A DNA stretch of 58,579 nt, filler included, from Candidatus Desantisbacteria bacterium CG1_02_49_89 (GTDB taxonomy: Bacteria; Desantisbacteria; UBA1551): assembly GCA_001871075.1 (NCBI GenBank). It is 4 parts of 4 records of this genome, joined end to end, with 100 filler letters (N's around TTAATTAATTAA, not from the genome) between each part and the next. Parts side by side here need not be neighbours in the genome. Positions count along the whole stretch, not along the records: positions 1 to 16,243 come from MNUP01000140.1; 3 more parts are not named here. The stretch is one strand, 5' to 3'. Position 1 is the first letter of the stretch, and each line of letters opens with the position of its first letter. A model generated the notes under the pieces. It was not told the DNA's origin. It ran no database searches and saw only the letters and a list, made by a program, of their open reading frames with translations. Made by a program: the position numbers and the translations under genes. This document shows, in pieces, positions 1-8,565 of the stretch.

Positions 1-385
1 TGCGCCGGCTCCTGAAGCTCAACCGCAACCTTAACCTTGTATATATCCTCAAGGATGACCTGAAAAGGCTGTGGGACTATAGCTACCCTGCCTGCGCCAG
101 AAGGTTTCTTTCGGACTGGATCCAAAGAGCAAATGCTTCAGGGATAAGACCCTTAAAGGCTTTTGCAAAGACGCTTGATAGATACAGCTATGGGTTGATC
201 AATCACTGCCTTTACCCCATAAACACGGCAAAGCTTGAAGGCATGAACAACAAGATAAAAGTCATTAAACGTAAGGCCTACGGGTTTCACGATGACGAAT
301 ACTTTATGTTAAAGATAAAACAGGCTTGCAGCGGCTATACATAGATACATTGATTATATTATGCAACAACATTTGGAGAAGAACC
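1..385 (+). mobile_element. Right end of an ISL3-family insertion sequence
   Basis: Contains an ISL3 transposase C-terminus. The element appears to end at ...TTTGGAGAAGAACC (385), which reads GGTTCTTC inward and fits ISL3 GG-initiated inverted repeats; AT-rich flank follows. Confidence 0.8.
3..344 (+). CDS. ISL3-family transposase, C-terminal fragment (5' part outside window)
   Basis: Manual translation RRLLKLNRNLNLVYILKDDLKRLW...NTAKLEGMNNKIKVIKRKAYGFHDDEYFMLKI; EGxNNKIKxIKRxAYGF is the ISL3 hallmark. Stop TAG 342-344. Not in the ORF track. Confidence 0.92.
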   Translation, partial: RRLLKLNRNLNLVYILKDDLKRLWDYSYPACARRFLSDWIQRANASGIRPLKAFAKTLDRYSYGLINHCLYPINTAKLEGMNNKIKVIKRKAYGFHDDEYFMLKIKQACSGYT

Positions 386-541
386 CTTAAATTTAACTAT
401 ATAATCTAAATATCTATCGTTTTTAAGATAGAGCTTCCTGTAATCGGGACTGATTGACTCATAGGCCCATAAGGCCGTAGAATTAAAGATGAGTAATGTT
501 AAAATATTCACTATCAAGATCGAATAAATTTTTTTTTGCAT
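359..541 (-). pseudogene. N-terminus of a secreted protein truncated by the ISL3 insertion
   Basis: Signal-peptide-like start MQKKIYSILIVNILTLLIFNSTALWA; the last ~8 codons and the stop lie inside the IS end. Confidence 0.6.
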
Positions 542-615
542 TTTCTATCACTCTCAATGGTTTTAAAAATTAAACTGGAATGCACCAATTAAATTACAGC
601 TTTCTGAAAATACGA

Positions 616-1392
616 TTAATTAGTTTGCGTGCCTTGTTTAATATGATAATCAATCTTTTTTTGTCTGCAGAATTTTATCACAAAAGAAGCGGAGCTGTTA
701 TAAAATTCTTTCGTATATTTAAATTCCGAGGATTTTACATTATAATTTAACCGGCCGAAGATGATCTTGTTAACGAAAGATACAGCATCCAATATTTCCA
801 TCAAATCCTGCTTAATTATATTCGGTGTAGGATATGGTTCCATGCTAACCCATGTTTTAAATCCCTTTTCATGCAAATGCTCTAATGCTTTTATCCTTTC
901 TTTAAAACTAGCCGAATTGGGTTCGTAGTTTCTTTTAAAACCTTCATTAAGCGAAACCAGTGTAATTCCATATTCATTATTTCTGCTGAAACCGTTCATA
1001 TCTCCTAATTCTTTTGGGAAGATTCCCTTTGTTAAAACAGTGCAGCGGATATCATTGGAATTTAACTTATTAATGATTTTCAAGCTTAAATCTTTCACTT
1101 CATCCTGTTTATACATAAAGGGATCTGTTGAAAAACAAAGATGCACGTACTTTATCTTTTTTCTATATTTTGGAATTTCTTTCTCTAAAAGATCTAAAGC
1201 ATTTGAAACTATCTTAGGGTCACACCATTCTTCATAGGTTTTAACCGTGCCGCATCTTTTCTTCATCATAAAGGCATAACAGGGATACTTGCATCCATGA
1301 GAACAGCCTTCAATGTGATTCAGGCAGAAATCAGCGTATTCTACTCCGCTCTTATACAAAAGTGTCTTCCGTTCCACACGCTTTAATTTCAT
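616..1392 (-). CDS. Radical SAM protein, SplB/photolyase-like family, atypical CX3CX3C motif
   Basis: GCSHGCKYPCYA; FSTDPF, LTKG, GITL and WVSMEP motifs typical of this group. Confidence 0.75.
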   Translation of the reverse strand: MKLKRVERKTLLYKSGVEYADFCLNHIEGCSHGCKYPCYAFMMKKRCGTVKTYEEWCDPKIVSNALDLLEKEIPKYRKKIKYVHLCFSTDPFMYKQDEVKDLSLKIINKLNSNDIRCTVLTKGIFPKELGDMNGFSRNNEYGITLVSLNEGFKRNYEPNSASFKERIKALEHLHEKGFKTWVSMEPYPTPNIIKQDLMEILDAVSFVNKIIFGRLNYNVKSSEFKYTKEFYNSSASFVIKFCRQKKIDYHIKQGTQTN

Positions 1393-1468
1393 CTAATGCT
1401 CTATTAACTTTATCTTAAATCCTGTTTGTCCGAAGGGAAGGTGTCAAAATGAAATACCGATAGAAAAA

Positions 1469-2065
1469 TTAAGATTTCCAAATTTTTGTCTGTGTAAATT
1501 TAACTCTATATTTTTTAAAAAAATTAAACAGTGCTTCTTCTTTGCTATAAGGTATTATAATGCAGCCAGGGGAAACTTTTTCTCCACCCAATTCTTTCAG
1601 AAGTCCCTTATATGTATATTTCCCCTTTGTTTGCTCATACAATTCTCGGTTAAATACAGCTTTTTGTTTTTGGTTGAGACCATTAAGGTTGAATGAGAAG
1701 ATAATATAGGGCTTCTGTTCCAGTAAAGACACCGCTGGAATTTCCAAAGGTTCTTTTGTATAAAGGACTTTCCCTTCCTGGAATACATTTTGCAATAGTC
1801 CGGAATCGGTTTTTTCTAATTCCTCCATTGTCCTTATAGTTGGCTGAATATCATTACCTATCTCTCGTTCTAACCGAACAATCTCTTTTTCTACTTTTTC
1901 TATTGTATCTTTTTTACCGGTAACTATGAACAAATCCATATCAGACTTCGGCCCAAAATCACCGCGTGCAAAACTGCCATAGAGCACGATTGCCCTGACA
2001 TCGTTGATTTTTAACAGAGATTCTGTTATCTTTTTAGATATTAATTTCAGGTTCAATTTTTTCAT
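1469..2065 (-). CDS. Minimal nucleotidyltransferase (MNT) with an extra C-terminal domain
   Basis: GSFARGDFGPKSDMD matches GS-X10-DXD. Start placed at MKKLNL (2065), overlapping the upstream gene end. Confidence 0.85.
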   Translation of the reverse strand: MKKLNLKLISKKITESLLKINDVRAIVLYGSFARGDFGPKSDMDLFIVTGKKDTIEKVEKEIVRLEREIGNDIQPTIRTMEELEKTDSGLLQNVFQEGKVLYTKEPLEIPAVSLLEQKPYIIFSFNLNGLNQKQKAVFNRELYEQTKGKYTYKGLLKELGGEKVSPGCIIIPYSKEEALFNFFKKYRVKFTQTKIWKS

Positions 2066-2405
2066 CGAGTCTTTCCTTAAAGAAAGTGACAACACTCTTT
2101 AAATTTTCCATTACTGTTCTTGCCCTTTTTCCGTTTACTCCGTCATAACCTAAATCTCCATAGGCAAACCAGACTTTTCTCATACTCTCGTTAATCTCGG
2201 GTGGAAAATTCTTATTACAATATTCATGTCTTTCCTTATGTGTCCCAAAATGCTGGTTTTTCTTGGCTGCCTCTGCTTCTACAAGTTGTTCAACCACTTT
2301 AGTAGCAAGATCGCCAACAACCGTGTGTTGTTTATTTTGATAAGCAGTTACTGTTGCCTGTAATTTTTCCTTTGCCAGCGCAAGATGTTTTTTAAAATTT
2401 CCCAT
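2034..2405 (-). CDS. HEPN-like helical protein, probable partner of the MNT
   Basis: ~123 aa, all-helical pattern (HLALAKEKL...A...EQLVEA...H), overlapping the MNT gene. Canonical RX4H is not evident. Confidence 0.6.
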   Translation of the reverse strand: MGNFKKHLALAKEKLQATVTAYQNKQHTVVGDLATKVVEQLVEAEAAKKNQHFGTHKERHEYCNKNFPPEINESMRKVWFAYGDLGYDGVNGKRARTVMENLKSVVTFFKERLDEKIEPEINI

Positions 2406-2413
2406 ATAAATCC

Positions 2414-2472
2414 TTTTCGATATCATAACGAAAAATACCCCGAATCAGCCACTTTTTCGTTATCATAACGAA
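2414..2472. promoter_or_regulatory. Two palindromic operator-like sites
   Basis: TTCGTTAT-C-ATAACGAA (2456-2472, perfect) and TTTTCGATAT-C-ATAACGAAAA (2414-2434, one mismatch), 40 bp apart. Confidence 0.7.
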
Positions 2473-2477
2473 TTAAT

Positions 2478-2506
2478 ATTATACTATATTTTTCTTCAAA
2501 AGTCAA
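2478..2506 (-). promoter_or_regulatory. Sigma70 promoter of the HEPN-MNT operon
   Basis: Minus strand TTGACT (2506-2501)-N17-TATAAT (2483-2478). Confidence 0.8.
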
Positions 2507-2597
2507 TTTCCAGGCCGATGCCCCTCTTTGTTTTTAAAACCGGCATTATTCTGCCTTAATAGATTGCTTCGTCGCTTTGCTTCTCGCAATGACAGCT

Positions 2598-3617
2598 TTA
2601 CGGTTTTATTATGACTTTAATGGATTCGCCGGCGCTTGCCACAAGCCGGAACCCTTCTCCTGTTTCCGAAAGGGGCAGGCGATGGGTTATCATGTCCTCT
2701 ACAGGGACCCTTTTCGCTTTCAGGAGCTCAAGCGCGATAGCGAGGTCGTTAGGCGCTGCGCCGTAGGATGTCATCATTTTAACCTCGTTGCGCCACAGAT
2801 CGGCTATCGGGACAGGGATGTCGGTCCCGGGCTTTGGGACAGCGAAGAACAGTATGGTGCCGCCAGGCTCCACGCATTTCAACGCGGTCGCGCACGCGGA
2901 TTCAGCTCCGGTACAGATGATAACGATATCCGCAAGCCTTCCCTCGTTTAAATTTTTCAGCTGTTCAGTGACATTTCCCTTCGCGCTGATAACATTATCC
3001 GCTCCGGATTCAAGGGCTTTTTTCATCCTGTATTCACTTATGTCGGATGCTATTATCCTTCCTGCGCCCATAACCTTCGCAAGCCGGAGGTGTAGAAGGC
3101 CGGATATGCCGCTTCCGATTATTAATATGGTTGAACCGGGAGTTATACCTATCTGCCTCTGGCCCCTTGCAACGCACCCAAGCGGCTCTATGAACGTTGC
3201 TGTTTCGTAGGACATATCATCCGGGAGCAGGAAAGTTCCCCTGTCAGCGTTTATCGCCGGTATCCTTATATATTCCGAGAACCCGCCCGGGTCATAGTTC
3301 GTGTGGTGCAGGGTATCGCAGGCTGTGTGGTGTCCGTTAAGGCAGTAATGGCAGGTGTTGCACGGCACGTGGTGGGTCACGAACACCCTGTCGCCCTTTT
3401 TGTATTTCTTCACATTCGCGCCTGTTTCGGTTATTTCCCCGGCCATTTCGTGGCCCAGCACCCGCGGGGCTGTCTTTATGCGGTACCATTCAAGCACGTC
3501 GGTTCCGCAAACGCCCGACGCTTTTACTTTGACGAGGAATTCATCCGGCCCGATCCTGGGCACGGGTTTTTCTTCCAGGCGCACATCCTTATTATTATAG
3601 TACATCGCGACTTTCAT
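2598..3617 (-). CDS. Zinc-dependent (polyol/threonine-type) alcohol dehydrogenase
   Basis: GVCGTD, GHE, CxxCxxC...C structural zinc site, GSGISG Rossmann motif. Confidence 0.92.
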   Translation of the reverse strand: MKVAMYYNNKDVRLEEKPVPRIGPDEFLVKVKASGVCGTDVLEWYRIKTAPRVLGHEMAGEITETGANVKKYKKGDRVFVTHHVPCNTCHYCLNGHHTACDTLHHTNYDPGGFSEYIRIPAINADRGTFLLPDDMSYETATFIEPLGCVARGQRQIGITPGSTILIIGSGISGLLHLRLAKVMGAGRIIASDISEYRMKKALESGADNVISAKGNVTEQLKNLNEGRLADIVIICTGAESACATALKCVEPGGTILFFAVPKPGTDIPVPIADLWRNEVKMMTSYGAAPNDLAIALELLKAKRVPVEDMITHRLPLSETGEGFRLVASAGESIKVIIKP

Positions 3618-3727
3618 TTTTTTCTCCTTAATGATTACGGTGATTTTAAAAGATGATTACGGTGATTATTTTTAGTATCAAGCATCAAGCAGAAGAGAAA
3701 TCCGTGAAAATCCGTGTTAATCCGTGG

Positions 3728-4867
3728 TTAACTCTGCTCAAGCTGCTGGACCACGAATTTTGCTATTTCGTCAGCGCCGGATTTCAGGCCCAGCTTCTTC
3801 GTGTTTTCCTTGTATGTTTTGAGTATATCCGTGTTCTGTATTTCCCTGATTATGCTGAAGAACGTTTTTGCGTCCGGCGCGTACCAGCCCGCCTTGTTGT
3901 CCATCGCGAATTCCACGTTCGTCCATTCGTTGCACGCTGCCCAGTCCGTGTAAATTATGGGGCAGCTCATTATCAGGGATTCCATTGTGGTGGAAGCGCC
4001 GGCTTTCGCTATGGTGAAGTCGGAAATGGAGAGGAGCTCGTTCATGTTGTTAATGTACCCGAACGGCACAAGCACCGTTCCCGATCTCACTTCCTTTTTC
4101 AGGCTGTCAAAATGCGCTTTCAGGCCTTCATTCCTCCCGCAGACAAAAAGCACGTTGAACGGCATGTTTTCCCGGTAGATCGTTTCCACGTATTTCGCGC
4201 TTGAGGCGCCTATGCCCTGGCCGCCGGCGCTTGTGAGTATCGTCGGTTTTGACGGGTCAAGGCCGTATAGCTTCACGAGCTCTTCCTTTGATTTTGTTAT
4301 GTTGAAGAAGCTGCGTCTGACAGGGAACGGCATGATAAGGATCTTCTTCTCTTCGATACCGAGTTTCAGAAGCTTCTGTTTCGCTATTTCGGACGCCACG
4401 ATTATCCAGTCCATCCTTTTTTCCGCCCACCAGGGGCAGGCGTCAAAAGGGTCTGTGATGTAGCCTATAAGCTTTATGGGCAGCATTAATTTTTCTCTGA
4501 TATAGGCGCAGGTGAAGAAGGAGAACATGTGTGGCGTGAAAACGATATCAGGCTTATAATTTCTGAGGTACTCGGTCCCTTTTTCCAGCCATTCCCTGGC
4601 AAAAAGGCTCAGGTATCCCTCTGAATCGTACCTGGTCGCCCACATTATCTTGTAGCCCAGCCGCGCCAGGACCGGGTATCTCAGAAGGAATTCCCAGCCG
4701 CCCTTGAGCGCCTTATCGTCCTTCAGGGCGCCTGATTCCTTGGCGAAATCCACCACGTCTATCTGGTACTTACCCGGGTAAAACGCCTCTATCGATTCCT
4801 TCACCGCCATCGCAGGGATCTTGTGCCCGCTTCCGGCTTCGATATGCGGCATGAATATCTTCTTCAT
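3728..4867 (-). CDS. MGDG-synthase/UgtP-like GT28 glycosyltransferase
   Basis: AGSGH, GGQGIG, CGRNE, KAGASTTME motifs; RBS GAGGTG before MKKIF. Confidence 0.85.
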   Translation of the reverse strand: MKKIFMPHIEAGSGHKIPAMAVKESIEAFYPGKYQIDVVDFAKESGALKDDKALKGGWEFLLRYPVLARLGYKIMWATRYDSEGYLSLFAREWLEKGTEYLRNYKPDIVFTPHMFSFFTCAYIREKLMLPIKLIGYITDPFDACPWWAEKRMDWIIVASEIAKQKLLKLGIEEKKILIMPFPVRRSFFNITKSKEELVKLYGLDPSKPTILTSAGGQGIGASSAKYVETIYRENMPFNVLFVCGRNEGLKAHFDSLKKEVRSGTVLVPFGYINNMNELLSISDFTIAKAGASTTMESLIMSCPIIYTDWAACNEWTNVEFAMDNKAGWYAPDAKTFFSIIREIQNTDILKTYKENTKKLGLKSGADEIAKFVVQQLEQS

Positions 4868-4936
4868 AATCACCTCAGAAATATGAATTTTAACCACGGA
4901 TTAACACGGATTTTCACGGATTTCAACTTTTAACCT

Positions 4937-6058
4937 TTAACCTTCAACTTTTAACTCTTTGAATCTGGCAAGCGAGGAAGCTATGATCGCGTCCATGTTG
5001 TAGTACTTATACTGGGCAAGCCTGCCAAGGAATATCACGTTTTTATTGTTCTTTGCTTCTTCCTCGTATTTTTTATAGAGCTTAACGGGTTCATCCGCAG
5101 GGATCGGATAATAGGGGATGTCGGTTTCCTTTTCGCACGCCTTTGAAAATTCCTTGATGATCGTTGTTGAATCAGCCTTCTGCCAGGTCAGGCGTTTGAA
5201 CTCGGTGATCCTGGTGAAGCCGTAGTCGTTTGGGTAGTTGATAACAGAGGCGTCCTGGTAGAATTCCTTCTTATGGTTCTCGAACCCGAAATCCAGGGAG
5301 CGGTAAGGGAGCTTCCCGAACTTATACTCAAAAAATTCATCCACAGGTCCCGTGTAAATAAGTTTTTTGTATTTCAGCTGGCCCCGGACCTTCCTGTAGT
5401 CTGTGTTAAGGTCCACCCTTATGTTCCTGTTCGAGAGCATCTTTTCGAATACCGGCGTGTAGCCTTTCACTGGCATTCCCTGGAACCTGTCCTGGAAATA
5501 CCTGTTGTCCCTGCTTACGAAGACCGGTACCCTTCCCGTGACTTCGGGCGAAAGGTCTTCGGGTTTCATTCCCCACTGCTTTTCCGTGTAATGCAGGAAG
5601 ACCTTTTCATATACGTAGTCCGCCAGGAACTTCAGGTCCGCGTCATCCGCCTTGCGCAGGTCAAGTATCGGCACCTTTTTGTTGAACCCGAATTTCTCAA
5701 GCAGTTTGTTTTCCAGCTTCTGGGCGAAGGATCCGGGGAAAAGCGCGCGGATAGAGTTAAGGTTGAACGGGACAGGGGCGTAATGGCCGTCTATGAACGC
5801 CAGCACCTCGTGCTGGTAAAGGTTCCATTCAGTGAAATTGGACACGTAATTCCAGGCTTCTTCGTTCACCGTGTGGAAGATATGAGGGCCGTACTTGTGT
5901 ATGAGTATGCCGTGTTCGTCAGGGCAGTCATAGCAGTTCCCCCCTATATGGCCGCGCTTGTCAATGACAAGCACCTTTTTATTGAGAACGCTTGCTATTC
6001 TTTCCGCCATCACGCTGCCGGCAAATCCCGCGCCGACTACAACATACTCTGCGTCCAT
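4937..6058 (-). CDS. glf: UDP-galactopyranose mutase
   Basis: VGAGFAG, HIGGNCYD, HKYGPHIFHT, PYYP, GRLAQYKYYNMD. Confidence 0.97.
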   Translation of the reverse strand: MDAEYVVVGAGFAGSVMAERIASVLNKKVLVIDKRGHIGGNCYDCPDEHGILIHKYGPHIFHTVNEEAWNYVSNFTEWNLYQHEVLAFIDGHYAPVPFNLNSIRALFPGSFAQKLENKLLEKFGFNKKVPILDLRKADDADLKFLADYVYEKVFLHYTEKQWGMKPEDLSPEVTGRVPVFVSRDNRYFQDRFQGMPVKGYTPVFEKMLSNRNIRVDLNTDYRKVRGQLKYKKLIYTGPVDEFFEYKFGKLPYRSLDFGFENHKKEFYQDASVINYPNDYGFTRITEFKRLTWQKADSTTIIKEFSKACEKETDIPYYPIPADEPVKLYKKYEEEAKNNKNVIFLGRLAQYKYYNMDAIIASSLARFKELKVEG

Positions 6059-6214
6059 GTTAACTCCTTAAACATAGTCCATAGTCCATTGTCCATAGAC
6101 CATAGTATGCTTGTAAAATAATAAGTTTTAAGTTTACAGAGTTTATACAGTTTACAAAGTAAAAAAATTCGTGAGAATTCGTGCTAATTCGTGGTTAAGA
6201 ATTTAGTGGTTAGG

Positions 6215-6652
6215 TCAGACGGAATTGAATGTAAGGAAAAAGATAATTGCGGCCGGGATGCCCAGGTAAACATACATAGAGGGCACAGGGCCTATCCAGG
6301 CCTTGTGCCACCAGATCCCGCCTTTCCTGAATTTCCTGATGCCGTAATCCGGGTTCAGCGCGAACCACAAAAAATCTTCCGCGAGGAACAGCTCTATTAT
6401 CAATCCCGCTGTGAACAATTCCCTCCGAATGTTCCACCTGGCAAATAAAAATGTTATGTGTATGAAGGTTATTACGAAAAGCGCGAGGAATATGTGGTAG
6501 CCTGTGAGCGGCCTTCCGCCCATGGAAAATTTTTCGTTCCTCCAGCAAGGGAGTTTTTCAGCCCACCCGTTCTTGCCTTCGATCTGGATCTCCCACAGGG
6601 CGAGAATAAGGGCCAGGAACAGGACGTATACCATGAGCCCGAGCGCCGGCAT
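6215..6652 (-). CDS. Hypothetical membrane protein
   Basis: About four hydrophobic segments; EIQIEGKNGWA and EDFLWF motifs; co-oriented with its neighbours. Confidence 0.75.
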   Translation of the reverse strand: MPALGLMVYVLFLALILALWEIQIEGKNGWAEKLPCWRNEKFSMGGRPLTGYHIFLALFVITFIHITFLFARWNIRRELFTAGLIIELFLAEDFLWFALNPDYGIRKFRKGGIWWHKAWIGPVPSMYVYLGIPAAIIFFLTFNSV

Positions 6653-6715
6653 GTGCCTCCGCAATAATACTGTTAAAAGTTAAAGGTTGAAGACTAAATC
6701 CGTGCTAATCCGTGG

Positions 6716-7606
6716 TTATTCTTTTCTCTTTTTGGATTTTAAATCATTGTACATTTCAAGGGCTTTTTCGGGAGTAAGGTCCTTATGCACTACCGCGCTT
6801 ACCGCTTTTATCATCGCGACGGGATTTTCGCTCTGGAAAATATTCCTGCCCATATCCACTCCTGACGCACCTTCCTGTATCGCCTTGTACGCCATTGTCA
6901 GCGCTTCAAGTTCGCCTATCTTTTTGCCCCCGGCCATGACTATCGGCACCGGGCAGGAAGATGTAACCGTCCTGAATCCTTCCGGCACGTAGTATGTTTT
7001 GACAAAGTGAGCGCCGAGTTCAGCGCATATGCGGCAGGCAAGCCTGAAATATCTGGCATCCCTGACCATTTCCTTGCCGACCGCGGTAACAGCCATCACC
7101 GGAATGCCGTACCGCAGGCCCGCGTCCACGAGTTTCGTCATATTGTGCACCGAACGGGTCTCAAATTCGCCTCCGATGAAGACCTGTAAGGCGATCGCGG
7201 ACACGTTCATGCGTATCGCGTCCTCGATATCCACCGCTATTTCCTCGTTTGAGAGCTCCTTGAGTATGCTGGGCCCGCCGCTTGAGCGCATAACAATTGG
7301 CTTGTTCGAGTCCGGCGGCACAAGGGAACGCAGTATGCCGCGGGTGAGCATCAGGGCGTCCGCGTAGGGTATCAGCGGCACGATGCTTATATCCATGCGC
7401 TCAAGCCCGGTTGTGGGTCCCTGGAAATATCCGTGGTCTACCGCAAGCATTACCGTGTGGCCAGTTTTAGGGCTGAATATCCGGGAAAGCCTGTCCTTCA
7501 TTCCCCAGTCCAGAGAGCCTGAGCCTTTTAAAGAGAACACGGGGTTCTTCTGGGGGACATCCTCGTAAAACTTTTTTTCCTCTTTGCTTACGTCTGTTTC
7601 CGGCAT
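6716..7606 (-). CDS. lsrF: LsrF-type thiolase / class I aldolase (DhnA family)
   Basis: [46 protein letters not shown]. Confidence 0.93.
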   Translation of the reverse strand: MPETDVSKEEKKFYEDVPQKNPVFSLKGSGSLDWGMKDRLSRIFSPKTGHTVMLAVDHGYFQGPTTGLERMDISIVPLIPYADALMLTRGILRSLVPPDSNKPIVMRSSGGPSILKELSNEEIAVDIEDAIRMNVSAIALQVFIGGEFETRSVHNMTKLVDAGLRYGIPVMAVTAVGKEMVRDARYFRLACRICAELGAHFVKTYYVPEGFRTVTSSCPVPIVMAGGKKIGELEALTMAYKAIQEGASGVDMGRNIFQSENPVAMIKAVSAVVHKDLTPEKALEMYNDLKSKKRKE

Positions 7607-7625
7607 AATCTACCTCCCTTTAAAG

Positions 7626-7716
7626 ACAATTATGAGTTATGAATCAACGGCATGGAGTTAAATTTAAATAAAAATCCTTGTTTTTGACTCATAATCTACG
7701 ATCATTCATAATTCAT
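7626..7716. repeat. ~90-bp intergenic element with inverted TTATGAG/TTCATAA heptamer arms, copy 1
   Basis: Near-identical to 11066-11154; looser relatives near 14660, 35936-36044 and 50532-50710. Confidence 0.85.
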
Positions 7717-7718
7717 CA

Positions 7719-7925
7719 TTAATCTGGTTTAACAACAAGAAAGCCTTTCTGGATGAGCCAGTGATGGAATTCGTAGGTCGTGTGGACGCAGGCCTCCTTG
7801 CATTTGTTCCTTACCTTTTCGTATTCCTCAGAGCCTTCCTTTTTTGTTTCAAGCTCCGCCTGCACAGGGCATTTTATGTCCCTGCAGTATTCACGCCGCT
7901 TATATTCAGTATATCCGCTGATCAA
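7719..7925 (-). CDS. Small Cys/His-rich hypothetical protein
   Basis: 68 aa with CX4C...CX3C...HH; TTG start with a G-rich RBS; first gene after the promoter at 8128-8155. Confidence 0.7.
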   Translation of the reverse strand: MISGYTEYKRREYCRDIKCPVQAELETKKEGSEEYEKVRNKCKEACVHTTYEFHHWLIQKGFLVVKPD

Positions 7926-8127
7926 GAAACCCCCTTAATATATTGTGAGATTGTGAGATTTACCCCCTGCAGTCCCGATATAATCGGGACTAGACGCGGG
8001 GATTCCTTATGAAAGATTGTGAGAGTGAACTGAAGTTGATTTATTTAAATAAAATCCTTGCATCATAATTTTGCAATTTGCAATTTGCATTTTAACTTTT
8101 GCAATAAGTAGTTATTTATGTTACTTT

Positions 8128-8155
8128 ATTATACCAATAATTTAAAATTTGTCAA
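8128..8155 (-). promoter_or_regulatory. Sigma70 promoter upstream of the small ORF-lsrF cluster
   Basis: Minus strand TTGACA-N16-TATAAT with an extended -10 TG. Confidence 0.7.
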
Positions 8156-8161
8156 ATTTCA

Positions 8162-8521
8162 TTACCTGCCAAAACACATCCTGGCCGCGATAACAAAAAG
8201 GAAGATGCCGAAGATCCTTTTGAGCATCACATCGGGTATGGGCTGTGCAAAGACAGCTCCTAAAAGCCCCCCGAAAAAGAATCCGGCCGCGATTATCAAG
8301 CCTATTTTTAAGTCAGCGCACCCGTTCTGATAGTATTTTAGAAAAGCAAGAAGCCCAATGGGCGGTAAAAGCGCGGCAAGAGAAGTTCCCTGCGCCTGGT
8401 GCTGGGTTAAACCGAACATATAGACAAGCACCGGAATGATTATAACCCCGCCGCCTATGCCCAGAAAGCCGCTTAAAACTCCTGCCGCAATCCCCAGAAT
8501 TATATAACCCAGAATTTGCAT
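8162..8521 (-). CDS. TauE/SafE (sulfite exporter) family membrane protein
   Basis: GVLSGFLGIGGGVIIIP...QHQAQGTSL. Confidence 0.9.
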   Translation of the reverse strand: MQILGYIILGIAAGVLSGFLGIGGGVIIIPVLVYMFGLTQHQAQGTSLAALLPPIGLLAFLKYYQNGCADLKIGLIIAAGFFFGGLLGAVFAQPIPDVMLKRIFGIFLFVIAARMCFGR

Positions 8522-8565
8522 ACGTTCCTCCTTAGTAGATTACTGTTGGATACGAATTTTTCTCC

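Noticed and set aside
1393-1440. Short frame ending in TAG immediately before the radical SAM ATG, as a remnant partner gene
   Set aside because: Only 15 codons and unrecognisable; could be chance.
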